Positions 52,183 through 61,582 of a stretch of 64,000 bases of DNA are shown piece after piece (within the stretch, counting starts at the first letter, position 1; each line of letters begins with the position of its first letter). Made by a program: the position numbers and the translations under genes. The notes under the pieces were generated by a model that made no database searches, was not told where the DNA came from, and saw only the letters and a list, made by a program, of their open reading frames with translations. Origin of the DNA: Vulcanimicrobiota bacterium (GTDB taxonomy: Bacteria > Vulcanimicrobiota > Vulcanimicrobiia > Eremiobacterales > Eremiobacteraceae); NCBI GenBank assembly GCA_963805945.1, contig CAWDVP010000004.1:1-64000 (forward strand). Reading direction: 5' to 3'.

Positions 52183-52984
52183 CTTGGATCACCACGCGTC
52201 GTTCGCCGACGCGCCACAGCGCGAGCGCACAGACGCCGAACACGACCGCCCACGCGGCCTGCATCCCAAGCGTCGAAAGCAGCTCGGCACCCTGATACTT
52301 GCCGAGATAGATCGACAGCGGCGCGCTCATGATCGCGGCGAACGGCGAGGCGAGCGCGATCTTCGTCAGCGCTTCAGGGAAGAATTGCAAGGGCACGACC
52401 GCGCCGGACAAGAGCGAGGTGATGAACTGCACCATGATCTGGAAGCCGAAGATCTCCATCGTCCAGAAGGTGATCGTGGCCATGAGCAGATCGAGGAAGT
52501 AGTTGACGATGAACCCGAGCGCCACGCTCACCACGAACGCTCCCGCGTCGAGCAGCGAAGCGGGCGGGCTCAAGTGCGTGCCGGTGAGCGCGAGCAGCCC
52601 CATCGCGATGAGCAGCGACGGCACCATCTGGACCAGCGCGAAGCCCGACTGGCCGACGGTGTCGGCGAAGACGTAGAGCGGCACGCTGATCGGGCGCATC
52701 AGGTCGATCGCGATGTTGCCTTCGCGGATCTTCTCGCGGATGACGTACGCGCCGTTGACGTTGTAGAGCAGGCCGAGCAGCAATGCGAGCGTCGAGTACG
52801 TGATCATGTCCTTGAGCGAGAAGCCCGCCTGCGGACCGTTGGCCGCATAGAGCGCGGACCACAGCGCGAAGTAGAGGTAGACGCGCAGCGCCACCGAGCC
52901 GATGTGCGTGAACACCTCTTCGCGATATGTGGCCTCACGCGAAAAAGCGACTTTCGCGAACTCGATGTAGGCGCCGGGCTTCAT
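52175..52984 (-). CDS. ABC-2 permease (DUF990-like)
   Basis: IREGNIAIDLMRP, LSGAVVPLQFFP, VIQGG. Confidence 0.9.
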   Translation of the reverse strand: MKPGAYIEFAKVAFSREATYREEVFTHIGSVALRVYLYFALWSALYAANGPQAGFSLKDMITYSTLALLLGLLYNVNGAYVIREKIREGNIAIDLMRPISVPLYVFADTVGQSGFALVQMVPSLLIAMGLLALTGTHLSPPASLLDAGAFVVSVALGFIVNYFLDLLMATITFWTMEIFGFQIMVQFITSLLSGAVVPLQFFPEALTKIALASPFAAIMSAPLSIYLGKYQGAELLSTLGMQAAWAVVFGVCALALWRVGERRVVIQGG

Positions 52985-54084
52985 CAGTGCGTGACGCGGC
53001 CTTTGAACTTGACTTTGGTCACCGGGCTGACGAAGCGCAGCACCGTCTCGGTCGGGCCGGTGCCGAGGTATGGCGAGCCGCCGATGACCCACATCGTATT
53101 GCCCAGGGCCACCATCGCCATGCCGTGGCGCGGGCTCGGCAGCCACGGCCCGCTGATCCAGCCGTTGGCATTGGTCGAGGAGATCTCGCTTGTCTGCGTG
53201 TTGGAATCGTTGAGCAGATCCTCGCCGCCCGCCGCGACGAGACGGTTGTTGACCGCCGCCATGCCGAAGTCGCTGCGGCCTTGGTGCAGGTCGCTGCAGG
53301 TGCGCCAGCTGTCCTTGACCGGGTCGTAGGCCTGGCAAGCGCGCAGGTTGATCTGGTCGATGTTGCGCCCGCCGACGAGGTATATCTTGTTGTCGATCAC
53401 CGCGGAGCTGGCGGCCCAGCGCTCGCTGCCGAGCGCGTACTCGCGCACCGACCACTGGTTCATCTCGGGATCGAAGACCATGACGCTCTTCTCGTCGTTG
53501 CCGTGCGAGCTTTGGCCGGCCATGACATACAGCTTGCCGGCGACCGCCTGCATCACCGGGCCGTAGCGCGGGATCGGCATCGAGGGCATCTCTGTCCACG
53601 TGTCCTCGACCGGATCGTAGCGCCAGAACTTGTTGGTCACCAGATTCTCGATGCGGCCGCCCGCGACGTAGAGAAATCCGTTCAGACCGGCCGCCGCCGC
53701 GTGGTCGACCGGCTCGGGCAGCGTCGCGGCGTAATGCCATTCGCCCGGATGGGAGATGATCGGCCCGGCTTCGCCCTCGCGCGCTTCGTCCGAGGGGAAG
53801 GTCGGCTCGAGGATGAGCAGCGTCGCCATCTGCTCGTCCTTCGGACCGAAGCCGCCGACCAAGTAGATACGCCCCGCCATCACCGCCGCAGCGGCGTCCT
53901 GGCGCGGCGAGGGCAGGTTGGGCCCCTTGACCCATATGCCTTTGTTGAGATCGACGCGCAGATCGTAGTCCGCGGGGTTCGGCGTCGGCGTCGCGGTCGG
54001 CGGCGGCGCAGCGCCGGACGCCGGCAGCACGCCGTATGCGGCGAGCGCGAGCGCGGCGGTGAGGAAGATGCCGCGGCGCGTCAT
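52984..54084 (-). CDS. Exported Kelch-repeat beta-propeller protein
   Basis: TRRGIFL Tat-like signal; six GG...YDP...W-type Kelch repeats. Confidence 0.88.
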   Translation of the reverse strand: MTRRGIFLTAALALAAYGVLPASGAAPPPTATPTPNPADYDLRVDLNKGIWVKGPNLPSPRQDAAAAVMAGRIYLVGGFGPKDEQMATLLILEPTFPSDEAREGEAGPIISHPGEWHYAATLPEPVDHAAAAGLNGFLYVAGGRIENLVTNKFWRYDPVEDTWTEMPSMPIPRYGPVMQAVAGKLYVMAGQSSHGNDEKSVMVFDPEMNQWSVREYALGSERWAASSAVIDNKIYLVGGRNIDQINLRACQAYDPVKDSWRTCSDLHQGRSDFGMAAVNNRLVAAGGEDLLNDSNTQTSEISSTNANGWISGPWLPSPRHGMAMVALGNTMWVIGGSPYLGTGPTETVLRFVSPVTKVKFKGRVTH

Positions 54085-55126
54085 GATACGGTCTCCGGCG
54101 TCGGCGCGACGAGCGCAGGCTCGCCGTCAGCGCTCGCGAGCCCGTGCTGGTAGATGCCGCGGATGATCGTCTCGAGCGCCGGCTCGGCGATCGTCACGTC
54201 TTTGAGCTCGTAGGAGCTGCGTCAAGGCTTGAGGATGAGCTCGTCGGCGCGCACCGTATCTCGATCGAACTCGATGACGACGCGCGGCCCATCATGCTCG
54301 ATGACCGTCGCGCCCTTCATCATCAGCCGGAAATCCGAGCAATCGTCGCAGTTGAGCACCGCGGTGAGCGTGCGGTTGCGGCCGTAGCGCTGCTTGATCG
54401 TCTCGACGCTGCCGTCGTAGAGCGTGCGCCCGTGGTCGATGAGGATGATGCGCTCGCACAGCCTTCTCGATATCGGCGAGGTCGTGCGTGGTGAGGATGA
54501 CCGTCGTGCCGCGCTCGCGATTGACGCGCAAGATGAACTGGCGGATGTTCTCTTTGGCCACGACGTCGAGCCCGATCGTCGGCTCGTCGAGGAAGACGAT
54601 CTTCGGCTCGTGCAGCATGGCCGCCGCGAAATCGCCGCGCATGCGCTGGCCGAGGCTCAGCTGGCGCACCGGCGTGTTGATGAACTCGTCCAAGCCGAGC
54701 AGATCCCGGAACTCTTTGAGATTGCGCTCGTAGGTCGCCTTCGGCACGTCGTAGATGGCGCGCAGCAGCTGGAACGATTCGATGAGCGGCAGATCCCAAT
54801 ACAGCTGCGTCCGCTGTCCGAACACGACGCCGATCTGGCGGCCGTTGGCCTGCCGGTCGGCCCACGGCACGATGCCCGTCGACCGTGCACGTGCCGCTGG
54901 TCGGCACGAGGATGCCGGTGAGCATCTTGATGGTGGTGGACTTGCCGGCGCCGTTGGGACCGATGTAGCCGACGAGCTCGCCGGCCGCGATGTCGAAGCT
55001 GACGTCGTTGACGGCCGACTTGGTCTCGTAGTCGCGCGAGAAGAGCGTCGCGAGCGCGCCGAAGGTGCCCTGTTGGCGCTTCAGGGTGCGGAACTGTTTG
55101 GTCAGGTGTTCGGCATGAATGATCAT
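54081..55126 (-). CDS. ABC transporter ATPase (frameshifted)
   Basis: GPNGAGKSTT, LSLGQRMR, LDEPTIGLD, TTHD. Confidence 0.92.
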
Positions 55127-55174
55127 TGAAGTGACGGGCGGGAACTCCAGTATGGGACATCGCACCGCTTGTGC

Positions 55175-55591
55175 ATGGGAACGCCCGCTTCCTTGAACCC
55201 GCCGGCGGGGGACGGCGGCGCGCACGTCTTCGTGTACGGCACGCTCATGCGGGGGCTGGCGCTGCACCGCCATCTCGCGGGCGCGGCGTTCGTCGCGCGC
55301 GCGACGGCGCGCGGCAGGCTGTACGATCTGGGCCGTACCCGGCCATGACCGCCGGCGACGGCGAGGTGCGGGGCGAGGTCTATGCGCTGGCGGACGCGGC
55401 CGCCGGGCTCGAAGTGCTCGACGAGGTCGAAGACTACGACCCGCTCCATCCGGAGGAGAGCCTGTACGTGCGGGTGCAGGCGCCGGTCCGCACGGACGAC
55501 GGCCGCGAGCTCGTGGCGTGGTTGTACCTCTACAACCAGCCGCTTGAGCGCAGCCGCGCTCATCCGCGGCGGCGACTGGCGCCGCCGCTAA
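55175..55591 (+). CDS. Gamma-glutamylcyclotransferase (AIG2-like; frameshifted)
   Basis: VFVYGTLM, VRGEVY, LDEVE, AWLYLY. Confidence 0.82.
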
Positions 55592-55594
55592 AAT

Positions 55595-55621
55595 GTAGGG
55601 GCCGAACTTTAGTTCGGCCCT
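55595..55621 (+). repeat. REP family A
   Basis: GTAG-GGGCCGAACT-TT-AGTTCGGCCC. Confidence 0.9.
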
Positions 55622-55629
55622 TCGCGGTC

Positions 55630-56913
55630 TCACGGCGTGCGCGGCATGCGGATCTGCACGGTGTCGCGCGAGAAGATGAGATCGAGCGTCCAATCGATCG
55701 CCACGCGGATCTTGCGCTCGAGCGTCGGGATGCGGAACAGATAGTACGTCCGCCACAGCCACCACGCCGGAAAACCTGAGATCTTCAGCCCGCCGAGCAT
55801 CGCCACCGCTTGATGCTCGCCGAGGTGCGCCATCTGGCCGACGGCCGTGTAGGCGAATGGCGTCGGCGGCCGTCCGTCGATGACCGCGAGGATGTTGCGC
55901 GCCGCATGCAGCCCTTCGCGCAGCGCGTGCTGCGCGGTCGGCGGATACGGCTTGCCGCCGCCCGGCGGCGTGACGATCGCCGTGTCGCCCACCGCCCACA
56001 CGCCCGGATAGCCCGGCACCGCGAGATTCTCGTCCACCGGCACGCGGCCGCGCTGGTTCGCGCACGGCAATCCCGCGACGAGCGGGTTGGACGTGACGCC
56101 CGCCGCCCACACGAACACCTGCGTGTCGATGCGAGTGCCGTCGTCAAGTTCGACGCCGGACGATCGGCCGAGCGCACGCCGACGCCGAGCCGGAACTGCA
56201 CACCGCGCTTCTCGAGCGTCTGCAGCGTCCAGGTCGCGAGCTGCCTCGCTCAGCTCGGGCAAGATGCGCGGCTGCGGATCGACGACGATCGTCGTGATGT
56301 CGGCTGCCGAGACGTTGCGATACATCCGCGCCGCCGTGCGCATGAACAGGTCGAGCTCGGCGGCGGTCTCGATGCCGGCGAAGCCGGCGCCGGCCACGAC
56401 GAAGGTGAGCAGACGGCGGCGCAGCGCCTCATCGTCTTCCAGCTCCGCCTGCTCGAGCATGTCGATCGCCCGGTTGCGCAGCGCGATCGCGTCGGTCAGC
56501 GTGCGCATGGTGAGCGCGTGTTCGGCCACGCCGGGCAGGCCGAAGAAGTTCGTCTCGCCGCCGACCGCGATCAGCAGCTGGTCCCACGGCAAGGTGTGCG
56601 GATGCTCGCGCTCGTGGGAGACGGTCACGGCGTGGCCGGCGAGATCGATGGAGTCGATCTCCGCCTCGTACACGCGCAGGCGCGGCAAGATGCGCCGCAG
56701 ATTGGCCACCACGTGACGCGTGTCGATGCTGCTGGTGGCGGCTTGCGGCAGCATCGGCGTGAACAGGAAGAAGTTCTCCCGCGCGACGAGCGTCACGTCG
56801 AGATCGCGGCGGCGGCGCACCGCTTTTTGGAGCTCCATGGCGGCGTACACGCCGCCGAACCCCCCGCCGAGGATGACGATCCGGTGAATCGCCGAGCGTT
56901 CCGTGTCGCGCAT
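55630..56913 (-). CDS. ndh: Type II NADH:quinone oxidoreductase (frameshifted)
   Basis: GGGFGG, FLFTPML, GAGFAGIE, AVGD, PPTAQHA. Confidence 0.88.
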   Translation of the reverse strand: MRDTERSAIHRIVILGGGFGGVYAAMELQKAVRRRRDLDVTLVARENFFLFTPMLPQAATSSIDTRHVVANLRRILPRLRVYEAEIDSIDLAGHAVTVSHEREHPHTLPWDQLLIAVGGETNFFGLPGVAEHALTMRTLTDAIALRNRAIDMLEQAELEDDEALRRRLLTFVVAGAGFAGIETAAELDLFMRTAARMYRNVSAADITTIVVDPQPRILPELSEAARDLDAADAREARCAVPARRRRALGRSSGVELDDGTRIDTQVFVWAAGVTSNPLVAGLPCANQRGRVPVDENLAVPGYPGVWAVGDTAIVTPPGGGKPYPPTAQHALREGLHAARNILAVIDGRPPTPFAYTAVGQMAHLGEHQAVAMLGGLKISGFPAWWLWRTYYLFRIPTLERKIRVAIDWTLDLIFSRDTVQIRMPRTP

Positions 56914-57001
56914 CGCAGTTTCCCTTCGGACGGCAGGCATCGTCACCTGCGCCACAAAATTCATGCCGCGAAAGGCACGCGACGTTTCTCGCTGCTTGGA
57001 T

Positions 57002-59342
57002 ATGAGGTTGCCGATGGTTGTCCGCACGCAGCTCATCAGGCGCATAGCTCTGCTCGCCGCAACCGCCCTCATGACGCTCGGCGTCTTCGCGAGCGCCCGC
57101 GCCGCCGGCACCGCTTTGCCCAACGGCTGGCGCCTGACGCCGGCCGGCGCGACGCTGCCGCTCGGCACGCTGCCGCTGCATATCGCGCAAGACCTGACCG
57201 GGCACTGGCTGGCGATCTCCAACGCCGGCTTCGGCGACCTTTCGATCACCATCGTCAACGAGCAGACCGGCCAGATCGCCGACGGCGCGTCGCTGCCGCG
57301 CACCTTCTACGGGCTGGCGTTCTCACCGACCGGTGACACGCTCTACGCGTCGACCGCCGCCGACGGCGGCGTCGCCCATTACGGTTTCGACTCGAGCACC
57401 GGCAAGCTCGGCGCCCCCGGCTTCTACGGACTCGGCGCCGGCCGCATCTGGACCAACGGCTTGGCCGTGTCGCCCGACGGCGGCACGCTGTATGCCGCCG
57501 TCGCCGGCGCGAACGATCTCGTCGGCGTGAACACCGCGACCGGTGCGACCCAGTGGGCCGCACGGGTCGGCGACACGCCGTACGCGGTCGCGCTCTCCGC
57601 CAGCGGCGCCAAAGCGTTCGTGTCGAACTGGGGCGGCGCATCGGTGAGCGTCGTCGACACCGCGACCGGCGTCGTCACGACGACCGTGAGCACCGACGGC
57701 CATCCGGGTGCGCTGCTGTTGAGCGGCGACGGCCACACGCTCTTCATCGCATGCGCGAACGCCAACGTCGTCGACGTGCTCGATGCGACGACGTTCAAGA
57801 TGCGCGGCAAGATCGACGTCGGTCTGTACCCGAGTTCGCCCGCCGGCTCGACCCCCTCCGGCATCGCGGAGACGCAGGACGGCCGCACGCTGCTGGTGGC
57901 CGACGCGGACAGCAACGCCGTCGCCGTCATCGACATCTCGTCCACCGCGCCCGCCATCTTCGGCGCCGTACCGGTGGGCTGGTATCCGACGGACGTCGCG
58001 CTGAGCAAGGACGGCAGGCGGCTGTACGTGCTCGACGGCAACGGCGTGACCCGCGCCGCCAACCCGAGCTTCATCAATACCGACATCGTTCCCAGGTCGC
58101 AGCAGAAGGCGTCCGACCTGAGCTACTATGCGCCCGCGATGATGTTCGGCGATCTCGAGACGATCGTCGCGCTGGACCGTAGGACGCTCGTGTCGGGTCT
58201 CGCCGCGGCGCGCGCCAACTCCGACTATCGGCCCGATCTGCCGGCGCCGGCGCCGCTGCCGCCATTCAAACACGTCATCTATGTGATCAAAGAGAATCGT
58301 ACGTACGATCAAGTGCTGGGCGACGATCCGCGCGGCAACGGCCAGGCGTCGCTGGCGGTGTTCGGCCAGCGCATCACCCCAACGTGCGCAGGCTCGCCGA
58401 CGAATTCGTGCTGCTCGACGATTTCGACAGCGACGGCACGGTGAGCGCCGACGGCCATGAGTGGGCGGATGGCGCGTACGCGAACGACTGGGTCGAGCGG
58501 ATGTGGCCCTCGGCCTACGCCGGACGCGCCGACGGCTTTTTCGATTTCGGCGGGGCCATCAACCGGCCGGACATCGGCTACATCTGGGATGTCGCCGCGA
58601 GCAAGAACGTCTCCGTCCGCCTGTACGGCGAGGGCGCGGTTTCAGAGAGCAACCCGGCAAGGGTTTCGCGCCCTCGATCGACGCGCTGCTCGATCCGAAC
58701 TACCGTCCCTTCGACTTGACGGTGACCGATCAGGACCGCGTGGTGGAGTGGCTGCGTGAATTCCGCCAGTTCGACCAGAACGGGCAACTGCCGCAGCTCG
58801 AGATCGTGGCGCTGCCCAACGACCACACCGCGGCGCTGAAGCCGGGCGCCCGCACGCCGTACGCGATGGTCGCGGACAACGACTACGCGCTCGGGCGCAT
58901 GGTCGAGGCGCTGAGCCACAGCCGGTATTGGCGGGATACGCTGCTCGTCAGCATCGAGGACGACGCGCAGAGCGGGCCGGATCACGTGAGCAACCATCGC
59001 ATCGAAGCGCTCGTCGTGAGCGCGTACGACAACCGCGGCCTCGTCGACCACACGCACTACTCGACGTCGAGCGTGCTGCGCACCATCGAGCTCGTGCTCG
59101 GCCTGCCGCCGATGAGCCAGTTCGACGCGAGCGCGACGCCGCTGTCCGCGGTGTTCTCCGGCCAGCTCGATCTCAAGCCCTGGAAGGCGACGACGCCGCT
59201 AGTGAACTTGGATGCGACCAACCCGCCGGGCGCGCCGGGATCGCAGGCGTCAGAGAAGCTCGACCTGCGGTCGGCGGACGCGTCGGACCCGGTCGAGTTC
59301 AATCGGATCCTCGCGACCTATCTCCGCTACGTGCATATGTAG
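57002..59342 (+). CDS. YVTN beta-propeller fused to a phosphoesterase domain (frameshifted)
   Basis: LPNGWRLTPAG, VPVGWYP, IKENRTYDQVLGD, LPNDHT, EDDAQSGPDHV. Confidence 0.88.
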
Positions 59343-59399
59343 GGGCCGATCTTTAGATCGGCCCTCATTTCTAGGGGCGACCTAAAGGTCGCCCCCTAC
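59339..59399. repeat. Inverted REP-A doublet (REPIN-like)
   Basis: Near-identical to 27482-27544. Confidence 0.9.
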
Positions 59400-59410
59400 A
59401 TTTCTTGATG

Positions 59411-60487
59411 TTATTCGCCGTCGAAGTATGACAGCGCGGGCTCCGCGCGCAGGATGATGCCGTCGCGCGCGTCGATCATCACCTTGTTGGAACCGGGATA
59501 GTAGCAGACCTCGTCCTTGTCGATGTTGGCAAGCAGCAGCACCGTGCACTCCGCCTGCGACGTGTTCGCGAGCTGATGCGCGCCGTTATCGCCGGTCGGA
59601 AAACAGATGAAATCGCCGCGCCGGCACACGATATTCCCGCGCGGCGTGTTGATGGTGGCCTCGCCGTCCCAGACGAGGAACATCTCCTCTTCTTTCGCAT
59701 GCGCGTGGACCGGGCAGTAGCGCCGCGCCGGGCGGCAGCGTCGCCATGCGATAGCCGAGCTTGCGCGCGCCGATGTACAACCCTATCTCGCGGTCGACGG
59801 CCTCGAAGCGCACGCCGAGCGGGCTCACCTCGACGAACGGATCCGGCGGCGACTCGTCGATATTGATGCGATTGACGTAGACCTCGGTCCGGCTCTCCAA
59901 GTATTCGCCGATCACCGCGTCGGCGCCGTGCCAGATGCACGCGCCGTCGCCGACGAGCAACGTGTCTCAAGTTCGAGCGCCCACAGCTTGCGCAGACTGA
60001 GCACGGCTTTCTTGGGATCGAGAAGTTTCTCGTCCGGCAGCAGCCGTAACGTGCCCGCAGGCTGACCCCACAACGCGTCGCCGACGATGGCGGTCTTGTG
60101 ACGTCGCAGATGCAGCGCGATCTCACCGGGTGACTTGAGGCCCTCCAACTGGATGATCCGGATGCCTTTGAAGGCGTGATCGCCCTCGTGCAGCACGAGG
60201 TCGACCGGCCCGGAGAGCAGCGGCGCATCGCCTTCGCTCGCTGCGATCTTCGCGCCGAACAGCGCGGCGAGATCGCGCGCGCGGCGCTCGTGGTCGCGAT
60301 TGGTGATCACGATCCACGCGACGCCGCCCGCCTCGCGCATCTCTTGCTCGTCTTCTGGAGTCCAGACGAGCGGGTCCACCACGATGTTGCCGTCCTCGCG
60401 CCGCAGGAAGTACGAGTTGAAGTACACCTTTGGGGCCGGCTGCCACACCGACCACATCGCCATGCCTTCGATCGCCAGCGCCTGCAT
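59411..60487 (-). CDS. MBL-like domain fused to a cupin domain (frameshifted)
   Basis: ITNRDH, SPGE, VGD, LLVGDG, then cupin HAH..EEE...GAHQLAN...YYPGSNK. Confidence 0.7.
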
Positions 60488-60508
60488 GCGCGAGGACCCG
60501 ATCCGCCT

Positions 60509-61416
60509 TTACTGCGGCGTGGCACGGCGGCGGCACTTGCGTGTAGCCGGCCGGTACGTCGAAGACCGTCGCGTCGAACGGCGTCGTTGCGTACGCCGTC
60601 ACGTCGTCGTGGACGGGGAAAGCGGCGGAGCCTTGGGTTGTTACCTATGCTCGTCGTCGTGGTGTCTTTGAGCACGAAACGATTCGCCGGGTGCGCCTTC
60701 ATCTGCGCTTGCATGCCGAAGTTCGACATGCACGGATTCTGTTGGCCGCCGCCCTGCGGCGCTCCGCCACCTTGCGGCGGTGCCATCGGCCGCACTGGGA
60801 GCGGGCATGCTTTGGGCAAGGTATTCGGCACCCACCATTGGTCGCTCTTGATCGTCATGGTGAAGTTCGGACAGTCGCCGGTGCCTTTCGCCGTCATGGT
60901 GACCGTGCTGACGAGGTGATGCGCGGTCATGCCGAACAGCGTCTGCGTCTGATCGTCTGGGATCTCCGACACCGAGAAATCGATATTGCCGGTCCCCTTG
61001 ATCTGCTGCGGCGAGTTTTGCGGCGAAGGATGCGCCGGGGTCGGCTGCGACTGCGCCTGCTTGATCATCGCCTGCATCTGCTTCATCATGTCGTCGAAGC
61101 TCGCGGTCCAGTAGGTCTTCGCCTTGTTGTCGAGATGGATCACGCGCTGGAGATCGCATTCGGTGATCGTGCTGGTGTCGCCCTCATCGATGCGCGAACG
61201 CTCACCGGCGATCGTGGTGGTCGTGCTCGTGCTGCCGGCGTGGTGCATGAACATCTGCATCGCCTTCGGCAGCTCCACGCTGGTGGTCTTCGTATAGCGG
61301 ATTTGCGTCGGCGTCGGCGTCGGCATGACGGAAGCCAACAGCGGTACTGCAGCGGCGATCACCGCCGCGAGACCCGCGCACAACGCAAAAGGCAAGAGGT
61401 TCAATCGGCGGCGCAT
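60509..61416 (-). CDS. Secreted hypothetical protein (DUF4412-like; frameshifted near the 3' end)
   Basis: GGAGG Shine-Dalgarno, signal peptide, LDNKAKTY, FDVPAGYTQV. Confidence 0.6.
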
Positions 61417-61582
61417 AGTGCAATTCCTCCATGGCGAAAGCGATGAGCACACGATATTCCGTGACGAGGTCACAGGCGATTCGAGCAAATGCAATGCTCG
61501 TCCTAGCGGGAGGCATCGGGGTGGCGGCGAATAGAGAAGAGGTATGGCTGTCCGCGCTCAAGCAAAGTCCGCACAACCCGTT

